Below, in pieces: positions 9,673 to 18,834 of a stretch of DNA of 64,000 bases (positions are counted from its first letter, which is position 1; the number at the start of each line of letters is the position of its first letter). The position numbers were made by a program, and so were the translations under genes. The notes under the pieces were generated by a model, which did no database searches, was not told where the DNA came from, and worked only from the letters and a program-made list of their open reading frames with translations. Source of the stretch: Nitrospiraceae bacterium (GTDB lineage: Bacteria > Nitrospirota > Nitrospiria > Nitrospirales > Nitrospiraceae); contig JBPKLU010000003.1 in NCBI GenBank assembly GCA_051293815.1, forward strand, positions 327,426 through 391,425. Reading direction: 5' to 3'.

Positions 9673-11152
9673 GGAGAGATCGCGTTATATCCAATAACCT
9701 GGATTTGCCACTGGTCAAGTAACGGACGGCCGTCTCCGCGACGGCAAAACCGTCTTTGATGCAATCCGGAATGCCGACCCCCCGATAGGCGGCTCCGGTC
9801 AGGAACAAACCAGGAAATCGACTCAGCGCCATCTCAATATCCTTTAATCGATCAAGATGCCCCAACGTATACTGGGGCATGGCGCGGTTCCAGCGATGCA
9901 CCTCGACATAACGCGGCGGCGCGTTGAGGCCAGTGATAACCAACAGTTCCTCGCACACCGTCCGCACGATCGTTTCGTCGTCCGCCTGCACGATTGCTTC
10001 TCGTCCGACGCCGCCGAGATAGCACCTGACGAGCAGCGTGTCCGGCGGCGCGCGGTGAGCCCACTTCAGGGACGTCCACGTCGCGGCGATCAGGTTACGG
10101 CCTTCGACGCGTGGCACAACGAACCCGACCCCTCTCGCGCAACCTTTGGCCTGGCTGGCATCATAGGCCAAGGAGACCGTCGCCGTAGAGGCGTAGGGGA
10201 TCCTCTCCAACAATCCTGCCGCCGATGGACTGAGGGGCCTAACCAATTCGGCCGACACATAGGCGGGCGTTGCCAAGACCACGACGTCGGCCGTCAGCGC
10301 AGTTCCGTCTTCGAACAGCACGTCATGCACCCACCTACCGACTTCCCGGGAGCGGACCCGCAGCGCAACCGCCCGGGTGCCCACCCGGAGGCATGCTCCG
10401 TCTTTCCGCAAGCGGTTCGACAGCGCCGCGACCAGATCGCTCAATCCGTTCCGCAGCGCGACAAACATCGTGCGGCGAAGCTTCGGCTCCGGCGATCCCA
10501 TCTGAGCAGCCTTGCGGGCGGCCAGCATGCCGCAAATGAGACTCCCGTACCGTTGTTCCAGTTCGAGAAACCGCGGGAACGTCGCGCGGACGCTCATCTG
10601 CTCAGCATCGCCCGCGTAAATGCCGGCCATGAGCGGTTCAAACACCCGCTCGAACGCTTCGCGCCCGAAACGGCGGCGGAAGAAATCCGCCAGAGACTCG
10701 TCACCCGCGGCCTGGCGGGGCGGCAGCACCACATCCAGCGCCATCCGCGCAAGCCCCTTCCAGCTCAGCAACCCGCTCCTGACGAACGATCCGATCTGGC
10801 CGGGGGCGAGCACGACCAAGCCCTCCGGCAGCTCGCGCAGACGTCCCCGTGAATACACGCAGGCCTTCGCACCTGTCTCGTTCATGTTGATGAGCTGATC
10901 GGCCAATCCGAGCTCTTCGCATAACCGGACGCCCCATGGCTTCTGGGAGAGGAAGGAATCGGGGCCGGCCTCAATCACAAGGTCGTGCACACGACTCGTC
11001 CGGATCTTGCCACCAAGAATCCGGTCCGCATCGACGACGGTACAGACGAGCGGCAGGCCAGACGCTTTCGCCTGTTCCTGAAGGGCGAAGGCCGTCGCAA
11101 GTCCTGCGATCCCTCCGCCAACCACGACGACTGTTCGGGGTGTTCCGGTCAC
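9665..11152 (-). CDS. hemY: FAD-dependent protoporphyrinogen/coproporphyrinogen III oxidase (HemY/CgoX type)
   Basis: 495 aa with N-terminal VVVVGGGIAGLATAF dinucleotide fold. The length and its position after hemE-hemH also fit. Confidence 0.85.
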   Translation of the reverse strand: MTGTPRTVVVVGGGIAGLATAFALQEQAKASGLPLVCTVVDADRILGGKIRTSRVHDLVIEAGPDSFLSQKPWGVRLCEELGLADQLINMNETGAKACVYSRGRLRELPEGLVVLAPGQIGSFVRSGLLSWKGLARMALDVVLPPRQAAGDESLADFFRRRFGREAFERVFEPLMAGIYAGDAEQMSVRATFPRFLELEQRYGSLICGMLAARKAAQMGSPEPKLRRTMFVALRNGLSDLVAALSNRLRKDGACLRVGTRAVALRVRSREVGRWVHDVLFEDGTALTADVVVLATPAYVSAELVRPLSPSAAGLLERIPYASTATVSLAYDASQAKGCARGVGFVVPRVEGRNLIAATWTSLKWAHRAPPDTLLVRCYLGGVGREAIVQADDETIVRTVCEELLVITGLNAPPRYVEVHRWNRAMPQYTLGHLDRLKDIEMALSRFPGLFLTGAAYRGVGIPDCIKDGFAVAETAVRYLTSGKSRLLDITRSLHG

Positions 11153-11162
11153 GGAGGCCGCA

Positions 11163-12110
11163 TCAACGGACCGGCGCAGCTTCGTGCGCCCGGATCACGG
11201 AGGCAAGGGTCTCAATCAACGCCGCGGAGGCGTTCAGCATCGGAATACGTTCCAAGCGCATGCCTTTGGCTCGGGCGGATCGTTTGAGTTGGATATCGAT
11301 ATCGTAAAGCACTTCGAGATGATCCGAGACAAACCCGATCGGAGCGACGAGGACGTGCCGGTAGCCCTCGCGATGCAACTCGTCCAGCACGATTTCCACG
11401 CCAGGCCCCAGCCATTTTTCATCCGATCGTCCCTGGCTCTGGAACGCCAAGCGGGCAGTCGCCAGTCGGATCCGTTCGCAGACCGCCTCCATCGTGCCCT
11501 TCACTTCATCAAGGTAGGGATCCTTCATCTCCACGATAACCCGCTCCGGCAGGCTGTGCGCCGTGAACAGGACTGGCACCTGCGTGCGCACCTCGAGAGG
11601 AAATTGCATGAGACCAAGCTGAATATTGTCGGCGATGGCTTGGATAAGCCCGGGGTGTCGGTGCCAGCTTTTGACATAACTGACCGGACACTCGCTGCGA
11701 AGCGCCTGCCGCGCCTCTTCGAGCTTGCCAATGTAGGCTCCGATGCTCATCGAAGAGTACTGCGGTGCCATGCACACCCCGATCACTCGCTCTGGCCTCT
11801 CATCCAGCAACTCCTCGTACGCCTCCCTAATGGAAGGACGCCAGTGCCGTAGACCAACAGCGACGCGATACCGCTCGCCGCCGGGGCCGTTCAGCCGCTG
11901 TTCCAGCTTGCGCGCGACCTCGCGCGTGATCTCCAGGACCGGCGACTTTCCACCGGTAAGCCGGTAGCGCTCCTTGATCTCTTCTACCAACTCCGGCGGC
12001 GCAGGCCGCCCGCCTCGCACGTCGCGGAGATAAGGCTCTACGTTCTCGACCCTATCCGGTCCTCCCATCGCCATGAGTAGCACGGCGATGGGTCTGTGCG
12101 GTCCAGGCAT
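11163..12110 (-). CDS. hemH: ferrochelatase (proto- or coproporphyrin)
   Basis: IAVLLMAMGGPD..., SAHSLPERV..., FQSQGRS...WLGP, typical ferrochelatase. Start at ATG 12110 (MPGPHRP). Confidence 0.9.
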   Translation of the reverse strand: MPGPHRPIAVLLMAMGGPDRVENVEPYLRDVRGGRPAPPELVEEIKERYRLTGGKSPVLEITREVARKLEQRLNGPGGERYRVAVGLRHWRPSIREAYEELLDERPERVIGVCMAPQYSSMSIGAYIGKLEEARQALRSECPVSYVKSWHRHPGLIQAIADNIQLGLMQFPLEVRTQVPVLFTAHSLPERVIVEMKDPYLDEVKGTMEAVCERIRLATARLAFQSQGRSDEKWLGPGVEIVLDELHREGYRHVLVAPIGFVSDHLEVLYDIDIQLKRSARAKGMRLERIPMLNASAALIETLASVIRAHEAAPVR

Positions 12111-12195
12111 CACGCAGACCTCGTGAGGCGTGAAGCGTCGGGAAAGAGGAAGAATGCCAGCCGTTCGCAACAACACGTCACGAATGACGATGGGG

Positions 12196-13221
12196 CTATC
12201 GTTGGCTGAGCTTGTGCACCATCTCGATCGTCGCTTCCACCGATTCTATCGGCGTGTTAGGCAGAATCCCATGGCCAAGATTGAAGATGTGTCCCGGTCG
12301 TCCGTCGGCACGCCGTAAAATGTCCTCTACGCGCCGCTCGATCTCGTGCAGCGGCGCGAACAATGCGACAGGGTCCAGATTGCCCTGTACCGCCACGTCA
12401 TATCCGACCATCGCCCAGGCCTCATCCAGATGGACGCGCCAATCGACGCCGATGACGTCGCCGCCTGCCTCCCGCATCAGGCGCAGGAGCGACGCGGTGC
12501 CGGTGCCGAAGTGAATCATCGGCACGCCTTCGCGCTTGAGCCCGTCAAAGATCAGTTGCACATGGGGGAGGACGTATTCGGCGTAATCGCCGGGCGACAG
12601 ACAGCCGACCCAACTGTCGAACAGTTGCACAGCCTGCGCGCCGGCACGGATCTGGCGTCGAAGGTAACCGGTCACCACGCGCGCCAGTTTGTCCATCAAC
12701 CGGTGCCACGCCTCCGGCTCCCGATACATCAACTGCTTGGTCAACACGTAATTTCTCGACCCCCCGCCTTCGACAGCATAGCTGGCTAACGTGAACGGAG
12801 CGCCAGCGAACCCAATCAACGGCACCCGACCGTTCAGCGCGCGGCACGCCTGGCGGATCGCCTCGGCGACGTACTCCAATTCGTCCCCGTCTACCATCCG
12901 CAGCCGTTCCACATCCGCCCGGTCTCTGACCGGATTGCGAATGACTGGCCCCTCTCCTTCCGCAAATTCCAACTGGATGCCCATGGCTTCTAGCGGCAGC
13001 AGGATGTCGGCAAAGATGATAGCGGCGTCCAGCGGGAACCGCTCGATCGGTTGCAGCGTCACCTCGGCGGCCAGCTCCGGCGTCTTGCACACATCGAGGA
13101 TCGAGTATTTCGCCCGCACCCTTTGATATTCGGACAGATAGCGGCCAGCCTGGCGCATGAACCAGACAGGCGTACAATCGACTGGCTGCCGACGGCAGGC
13201 CTTGAGGAAACGATCGTTCAT
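12196..13221 (-). CDS. hemE: uroporphyrinogen decarboxylase
   Basis: [32 protein letters not shown] is the canonical HemE N-terminus. 341 aa. Confidence 0.92.
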   Translation of the reverse strand: MNDRFLKACRRQPVDCTPVWFMRQAGRYLSEYQRVRAKYSILDVCKTPELAAEVTLQPIERFPLDAAIIFADILLPLEAMGIQLEFAEGEGPVIRNPVRDRADVERLRMVDGDELEYVAEAIRQACRALNGRVPLIGFAGAPFTLASYAVEGGGSRNYVLTKQLMYREPEAWHRLMDKLARVVTGYLRRQIRAGAQAVQLFDSWVGCLSPGDYAEYVLPHVQLIFDGLKREGVPMIHFGTGTASLLRLMREAGGDVIGVDWRVHLDEAWAMVGYDVAVQGNLDPVALFAPLHEIERRVEDILRRADGRPGHIFNLGHGILPNTPIESVEATIEMVHKLSQR

Positions 13222-13266
13222 GGAATCGGCATTCTAGTGGGCGATGCGAAAGGGTGTCAAACGCGG

Positions 13267-13734
13267 CTAGACCCATTCAGAATCATCGCGGTCCCTGGTC
13301 GAACGAACCTGATCACGCAAGTCCTCACGGATGGAGCGGCTGTCGGCGTCGAGCTCGACGGCTTCCTGATCGCTCAGCACCCACGCATCTTCCGGAGCCA
13401 GTTCGATGCGGTAATGGTTGTTCCGGATCGAAAACCATTCGATGTAGGGATGGGGTGTAAGCAGCGGATGAGGATCGAACGAAATCAGACTCACTTCGCC
13501 GACCTGGGGCACTTCAAAGTCCGCCAACACCTGCGCGGCCAACTCCTCCTCCACGAATCGACTGTTCCGGAAGCGGATGGCCTTGCCGTAAATCTCGCCT
13601 TTGAAGTTCCCAGCCAGATAGAATGGGACCGCTCCCACCGCGGCAAACGTGACCCGTCCGACCACACACCCTGCCACCCGGTTATCCAGATACCCCTCTC
13701 GGACCCAGCGACCGTTGCCGAATTTCTGCGCCAT
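13267..13734 (-). CDS. hypothetical protein
   Basis: 155-aa ORF in the same orientation as its neighbours. No motif I recognise. Confidence 0.45.
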   Translation of the reverse strand: MAQKFGNGRWVREGYLDNRVAGCVVGRVTFAAVGAVPFYLAGNFKGEIYGKAIRFRNSRFVEEELAAQVLADFEVPQVGEVSLISFDPHPLLTPHPYIEWFSIRNNHYRIELAPEDAWVLSDQEAVELDADSRSIREDLRDQVRSTRDRDDSEWV

Positions 13735-13744
13735 CGCTCTCTGC

Positions 13745-14641
13745 TTATCTCACCTTACCCTGCCTCACCCCCGCATGAATGACGGGCTCCCCTGGAAGTT
13801 CGATCACCTTGACTACCTTCGGATCCATGCTGCCGAGCAGGACCGCTCCCAGGATCATTCCGCTCCCTAGCCAGCCCCAAGCATCCAGGTGCTCGCCTAA
13901 GAAATGCCAGGCCAACCACGAGGCACAGACAGGTTCCAGGGCGAACAACAACGCCGTCTGTTGAGCCGACAAAAACCGTTGCGCCCAGATTTGCACTGCA
14001 AAGGCGCCCGTCGCAAGCAGGCCTGTCACGAGCAACCCCACCAGCAACACCCCGCTCGGCGTCAGGACAGAAAGCGTTGGGGCCTCCCACATCATCGCAG
14101 GCAGCATCGCGGCTGTGACAAACAGCAATTGCCACATGAAAAACGAGGCCGAATCGCCAACCCGCGTAAATCGCTCCACGCAAGCAATGTGCGCCGCAAA
14201 GGCGACGGCACAGCCGACTGTCAGAACATCGCCCTGATTGACAGTGAGGATCGGTCGGACGAGGAACCAAAGGCCGATCGTCGCCAGGGCAGCCGAAAGC
14301 CACACGCGCCATCCGCGCCGGCGCAGAAAGAGCGGAACAAAGACCACATAGAGTGCAGTGAGGAAAGCGGAATTAGAAGCCGTTGTGTGGCGCAGGCCGA
14401 TGGTTTGAAGAAGATAGCCCACAAACAACCAGACGGCCGCGATCACGCTGATGCGCAGCATTTCCCAGTCGAACCGGAGCCGCCTGCCGAGCAACGCGAA
14501 TAAACCGACAACCACCATGGTTCCCAGCAGGAAGCGAAGGAACAGAAAGGAAAGAGGGGGAACTTGATTGAGAACAGCCTTGGTCGCCGGAAAGGTCGCC
14601 CCCCAGATCACGGTGCTCAACAGGAGGGCGAGTCTGGGCAT
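13745..14641 (-). CDS. EamA/DMT-family transporter
   Basis: 298 aa with about 10 TM helices and two EamA-like halves (IWGATFPATK...). Confidence 0.8.
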   Translation of the reverse strand: MPRLALLLSTVIWGATFPATKAVLNQVPPLSFLFLRFLLGTMVVVGLFALLGRRLRFDWEMLRISVIAAVWLFVGYLLQTIGLRHTTASNSAFLTALYVVFVPLFLRRRGWRVWLSAALATIGLWFLVRPILTVNQGDVLTVGCAVAFAAHIACVERFTRVGDSASFFMWQLLFVTAAMLPAMMWEAPTLSVLTPSGVLLVGLLVTGLLATGAFAVQIWAQRFLSAQQTALLFALEPVCASWLAWHFLGEHLDAWGWLGSGMILGAVLLGSMDPKVVKVIELPGEPVIHAGVRQGKVR

Positions 14642-14653
14642 ACGGAAAGCGAC

Positions 14654-14729
14654 TTCTGAGTTCTCAGGAGAGTGGTGCGTGTGGAATGCTGAGTTTGACC
14701 GCTCAGCACTCAGGATTCAGAACTCACCA
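14654..14729. repeat. heptanucleotide repeat tract (CTCAGNA / TNCTGAG family) with embedded hairpin
   Basis: TTCTGAG TTCTCAG (14654-14667); hairpin TGCTGAG(14687-14693)-8 nt-CTCAGCA(14702-14708); then CTCAGCA CTCAGGA TTCAGAA CTCACCA in strict 7-bp register (14702-14729). Confidence 0.8.
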
Positions 14730-14736
14730 TACACGC

Positions 14737-14940
14737 CTACGGCTTACACAACGGGCACTTCCGCTGTTCGGTCGTTCCCGCCTGCTCCATCGCCTGAAGC
14801 GCCCGCTGCTTATCGGGATAGTCGAACCATCCCCCTTCCCAGAAATCGCTGCTGGTCACATTCGATGGCACTTCCGAGCAGCGTTCACGATGCAGCGTAG
14901 CCCGATCGATAGCGCGCGCGATATGAACCCAGTAGATCAT
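14737..14940 (-). CDS. small hypothetical Cys-containing protein
   Basis: 67-aa ORF (MIYWVHIARAIDRATLHRERCSEV...QRKCPLCKP). It resembles small conserved proteins with a C-terminal CxxC-like pair. Confidence 0.45.
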   Translation of the reverse strand: MIYWVHIARAIDRATLHRERCSEVPSNVTSSDFWEGGWFDYPDKQRALQAMEQAGTTEQRKCPLCKP

Positions 14941-15098
14941 GGTGCCGAACTCCTTCGCTCAAGCTGCCCATCCACCTCAAGCCCTGCACGGGCATGACCA
15001 CCGGGACAACACGCTTCCCTCCGTTCACCATCACGGGAGGCCAACGTTTGTCGACTTGGGCTTCCAGGGAAGGGGAAGACGTGCACAAGAGGGCAGAG

Positions 15099-15275
15099 TT
15101 ACGGCAGAAGTTGCCACTCATCCTTTTCGATGAACACCGTAGCTCCGGATTCCAGTTTTTTCAAATCTTCTTTGTCGAAGATACGCATGTACCGCTCGAT
15201 GCGGTCCGGGTCGTCGATGCGTTCTTCCTGCATCAACCCGCTCGACATCTTGTACTTACGAATCAACACCGGCAT
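15099..15275 (-). CDS. small hypothetical protein (58 aa, below the ORF-track cutoff)
   Basis: Manual translation gives MPVLIRKYKMSSGLMQEERIDDPDRIERYMRIFDKEDLKKLESGATVFIEKDEWQLLP. A GGGAGGGAGG RBS ends about 5 nt upstream of the ATG at 15275. Confidence 0.45.
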   Translation of the reverse strand: MPVLIRKYKMSSGLMQEERIDDPDRIERYMRIFDKEDLKKLESGATVFIEKDEWQLLP

Positions 15276-15450
15276 GCACGCCTCCCTCCCCTGGTCAACA
15301 GCTCTCCTTGCAGCCTCTTAACTTATGGTACAATAGTGCAAACTTGAGCGGCCGGTCAAGCCCCGGAGGGTGGAGCAAACGTACAACTTCGCGGTAAGCG
15401 ATTCTGTCCGGCGCTCCGAACGATCGCCTGCGCTCACCGGGAGGATTACC

Positions 15451-15780
15451 ATGCCGATGTACGAATACCGCTGCGAAGGCTGCGGTGAACGGTTCGAGAT
15501 CGTGCAATCTGTGCACGCAAGACCAGAAGACACCGTATGCCCACACTGCAAAGCCCAGAAGGCGACCCGTCTGCTTTCCTCCTTTGCTTCAAAAGTCGTC
15601 GGCGACCATAAGCCGACGTATTCGGATATGAAGGCGTACAGCATGCTCAATGAACGAATGCACAAGTTTTCGAAGCTGCCGCCGATGTTCGGCAAGCGAA
15701 CCGAACCTCCACCCATGGGAACGTATATCGGGCAGCAGGACCCGTCACCGACAACCGACCGCAGCTCGGGAAATGCCTAA
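15451..15780 (+). CDS. FmdB-family putative regulatory zinc-ribbon protein
   Basis: MPMYEYRCEGCGERFEIVQSVH...VCPHCK is the CxxC-CxxC signature. ATG 15451 follows GGAGG. Confidence 0.75.
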   Translation: MPMYEYRCEGCGERFEIVQSVHARPEDTVCPHCKAQKATRLLSSFASKVVGDHKPTYSDMKAYSMLNERMHKFSKLPPMFGKRTEPPPMGTYIGQQDPSPTTDRSSGNA

Positions 15781-15894
15781 CCGCGGTTGTGGCGGCCGCC
15801 TCCGCCCCCTCTCTTTTTTCTTTAAAAATGCTCACCTCGGTGCAGCCAATGTTCTCATCGGACGACCATGAGGCACGCTGAGAGAGGAGGAATC

Positions 15895-16722
15895 ATGTGC
15901 ACAAGAAGCCTGTTTGCGTTCCTGTGCGGGCTTACCCTGGTTGGCGTGCCGTTTTCGGCCAGCAGCGAGGAGGTCTCGGGGACCCTCGTTATCGCTGGCA
16001 ATGGCCCGGAACTGCAAACCATCGAAGCCCTTGCCAGGGCTTTCGAAAAAGTCCATCCGCGCGCCTACGTCGATATTCTTTGGGATGAGAATTCCAAGCC
16101 CGTCGAAATGGTGAAATCGGGCCGCGCGCATCTCGCCGTGACCGGAACCGAGGATCCAGAACTTGCGGCTGCCCAGATCGCCTGGGACGGTATCGCCATC
16201 ATCGTCAATCTTTCCAATTTCACCAAAGAAGTGACAAAACAGCAGGTTGCCGATATTTTTTCGGGCAAGGTCAGGATGTGGTCCGACCTGGGCGGACCAG
16301 AAACCAAAATTCTGGTGATCGACCGGCCCCGCAACCAGAACCTCCGGGATGCCTTCGAAGCGCAATTGGGTATTGAAGGCAAGATCCCCACTTCGGCCAA
16401 AGTGATTGGGCGCGACGACAAGGTCATCAAGACGGTCGTCGGCACTCTCCCCCCCTTGTCGGCTGTGGCCTATGTGTCGTTGGGACAGGCGTTGGCGGCC
16501 GTCACGACGGGCGTCGCAGTGCGGTTGCTTCCTGTCGACAAAGTTGAACCGGAAATGCCGACGGTGAAGGACGGACGCTATCCTCTTCGCCGGCCCGTGC
16601 TGCTCCTCTCGAAGAAGGAACCCAACCCGGTGATCGATGCGTTTCGGAAGTTTGCCCTGTCCGAGGCGGGTCAGAAAATCGTATCCGAAGCCTACACACC
16701 GCTCGCGAAAAAACAATCCTAG
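15895..16722 (+). CDS. PstS-like periplasmic substrate-binding protein (PBP-like_2)
   Basis: Signal peptide MCTRSLFAFLCGLTLVGVPFSA, then ...IAWDGIAIIVN...QQVADIFSGKV..W..LGG...PLRRPVLL, typical of the phosphate-binding-protein fold. No pstCAB genes are adjacent. Confidence 0.65.
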   Translation: MCTRSLFAFLCGLTLVGVPFSASSEEVSGTLVIAGNGPELQTIEALARAFEKVHPRAYVDILWDENSKPVEMVKSGRAHLAVTGTEDPELAAAQIAWDGIAIIVNLSNFTKEVTKQQVADIFSGKVRMWSDLGGPETKILVIDRPRNQNLRDAFEAQLGIEGKIPTSAKVIGRDDKVIKTVVGTLPPLSAVAYVSLGQALAAVTTGVAVRLLPVDKVEPEMPTVKDGRYPLRRPVLLLSKKEPNPVIDAFRKFALSEAGQKIVSEAYTPLAKKQS

Positions 16723-16735
16723 CAAGGAGGTTCGT

Positions 16736-17188
16736 ATGTGGAAGCGAGTCTCTCCGGCTCTCTTACTGCTGCTCATCACGGGATTCGTCGCCGTGCCCGT
16801 CGGCGTCGCCCGGGGCGAAGGTGCAAATGTCGAGGGATCCGGGTTCTCCCTGTTCGATATGGAATCGATCAAGGGCTTTGACGCCCAAAAGGTGGAAAAG
16901 GATCCCGTCTGCGACCGCACCAAGCGCCCGAAGATCCTGAAGGTCGAACCGGACGAAGCGAAGCCTGGCGAGAAGGTCGTCATCAGGGGCGAGAACTTCG
17001 GCACGAAGGAATGTTTCCACGGTGTGGCCTTCAGTGCCGCCGGATCCGCACAGATTGAATATAAGTTCGTTAACGAGACCACCATCGAAGCGGTCGTTCC
17101 CGATGCGAAGGCTGGCATGTCGTTTATCGATGTGGTGACGGGCGGCGGAAACGCCCGTTCGAAGGCTTTTCTGATCAAATCGAAATAG
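16736..17188 (+). CDS. secreted IPT/TIG-domain protein
   Basis: Signal peptide MWKRVSPALLLLLITGFVAVPVGVARG. The segment KILKVEPDEAKPGEKVVIRGENFG...IEAVVPDAKAGMSFIDVVT resembles an IPT/TIG Ig-like fold. AGGAGG RBS. Confidence 0.6.
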   Translation: MWKRVSPALLLLLITGFVAVPVGVARGEGANVEGSGFSLFDMESIKGFDAQKVEKDPVCDRTKRPKILKVEPDEAKPGEKVVIRGENFGTKECFHGVAFSAAGSAQIEYKFVNETTIEAVVPDAKAGMSFIDVVTGGGNARSKAFLIKSK

Positions 17189-17409
17189 ACCGTTCTTGCC
17201 GGTGCAGAACGAGTGGCACGACCGGGAAGGCGGATCGTCTTCCCGGCTTCGCCATCGCATGATGCTGCCGCCTGATTCCCTTGTGAACCCCTTTCAGGCT
17301 CTTCCCTCCGCGTCTCGACAAGACTCTTGATGCTGTGCTAGGTTACGCGATCTTTTGATTCCTCAGTGGCCGCCCCACCGAGGGGCGCCGCATCAGCGAG
17401 CGTAAGGCC

Positions 17410-18828
17410 ATGTTCAAGAAAATCCTGGTCGCCAACCGGGGCGAAATCGCCATGCGGATTATCCGTGCATGCCGCGAACTGAACATTGCGACGGCCGCCA
17501 TCTATTCTGAAGTGGACACCGCCGGCATCTATGTGAAGAAAGCCGATGAAGCTTATCTGGTCGGTCCCGGCCCGGTGAAGGGCTTCCTGGATATGCAGCA
17601 GATCGTCGACCTGGCCAAACGCATCGGAGCCGACGCCATCCATCCTGGCTATGGATTTCTCTCGGAAAATGCCCAGTTTGCTCATCTCTGCCGGGCTTCC
17701 GGCATCACCTTCATCGGCCCAAGCCCCCAAGCCATTCATTTGATGGGCAACAAGGTCAAGGCGCGGGAATTGGCCAAGGAAGTTGGGGTGCCGATCGTGC
17801 CCGGAACCGATGGCGGCGTGACCAGCGTGGAAAACGCGCTGGCCTTCGCTAGGACGGTGGGCTACCCGGTCATGATCAAAGCCAGCGCTGGTGGGGGAGG
17901 GCGCGGACTGCGCGTCGTCCGGTCGGACGCCGAACTCCGAGAAAACATGGAAGCTGCCTCCCGAGAAGCTGAGGCTGCGTTCGGCGACGGGAGCCTGTTC
18001 ATCGAGAAATACATTGACCGGCCGCACCATATCGAGTTCCAGATCCTGGCCGATCAGCATGGCAATATCATCCATCTGGGAGAGCGGGACTGCTCGATCC
18101 AGCGCCGCCACCAGAAACTGATCGAGATTGCGCCCTCGCTGATCCTGACGCCGCGACTCCGGGCAGAGATGGGCGAAGCCGCGATTGCCATTGCTCGCGC
18201 GGTCGACTATGACAATGCTGGCACAGTAGAGTTTCTGCTGGATCAGGAAGGTCGCTACTATTTCATCGAGATGAACCCGCGCATCCAGGTCGAACATACG
18301 GTCACCGAGCAGATCACGGCGATCGACATCGTGCGGAACCAGATTTCGATCGCCGCGGGCAAGCCGCTCGACATCCGGCAGGAAGACGTGACCCTTCAGG
18401 GCTACGCCATCCAATGCCGCATCAACGCCGAGGACCCCCGCAACAATTTCCGGCCCTGCACTGGCACCGTTACGGCGTACCTCTCTCCGGGCGGGATCGG
18501 TGTCCGGATCGATGGCGCCGTATACAAGGACTACACGATTCCTCCCTATTACGACGCCCTCCTGGCGAAATTGACGGTCCGGGGCCGCACGTGGGAAGAG
18601 GCAGTCAGCCGAATGCATCGTTCGCTGGAGGAGTACGTGCTCCGCGGGGTCAAGACCACGATCCCCTTTATGAAAGCGATCATGGAAGAGCCGGATTTTC
18701 GAGCCGGCCATTTCGACACATCCTATCTGGATACCCACCCGGAGTTGTTCAACTACGTCGAACGGACCGAACCCGAAGACCTAGTCCTGGCCATTTCCGC
18801 GGCAATCGCGGCGTATGAAGGGCTGTAG
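17410..18828 (+). CDS. pycA: biotin carboxylase subunit (pyruvate carboxylase subunit A, or 2-oxoglutarate carboxylase small subunit)
   Basis: MFKKILVANRGEIAMRIIRACREL...ATP-grasp...EMNPRIQVEHTVTE. 472 aa. Confidence 0.9.
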   Translation: MFKKILVANRGEIAMRIIRACRELNIATAAIYSEVDTAGIYVKKADEAYLVGPGPVKGFLDMQQIVDLAKRIGADAIHPGYGFLSENAQFAHLCRASGITFIGPSPQAIHLMGNKVKARELAKEVGVPIVPGTDGGVTSVENALAFARTVGYPVMIKASAGGGGRGLRVVRSDAELRENMEAASREAEAAFGDGSLFIEKYIDRPHHIEFQILADQHGNIIHLGERDCSIQRRHQKLIEIAPSLILTPRLRAEMGEAAIAIARAVDYDNAGTVEFLLDQEGRYYFIEMNPRIQVEHTVTEQITAIDIVRNQISIAAGKPLDIRQEDVTLQGYAIQCRINAEDPRNNFRPCTGTVTAYLSPGGIGVRIDGAVYKDYTIPPYYDALLAKLTVRGRTWEEAVSRMHRSLEEYVLRGVKTTIPFMKAIMEEPDFRAGHFDTSYLDTHPELFNYVERTEPEDLVLAISAAIAAYEGL

Positions 18829-18834
18829 TGCAGC

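Noticed and set aside
15832-17178. 448-aa minus-strand ORF
   Set aside because: It is antisense to the PstS-like and IPT/TIG genes, which have signal peptides, RBSs and domain motifs. The shadow ORF has none.
17338-18738. 466-aa minus-strand ORF
   Set aside because: It is antisense to the unmistakable biotin carboxylase gene, so it is a shadow frame.
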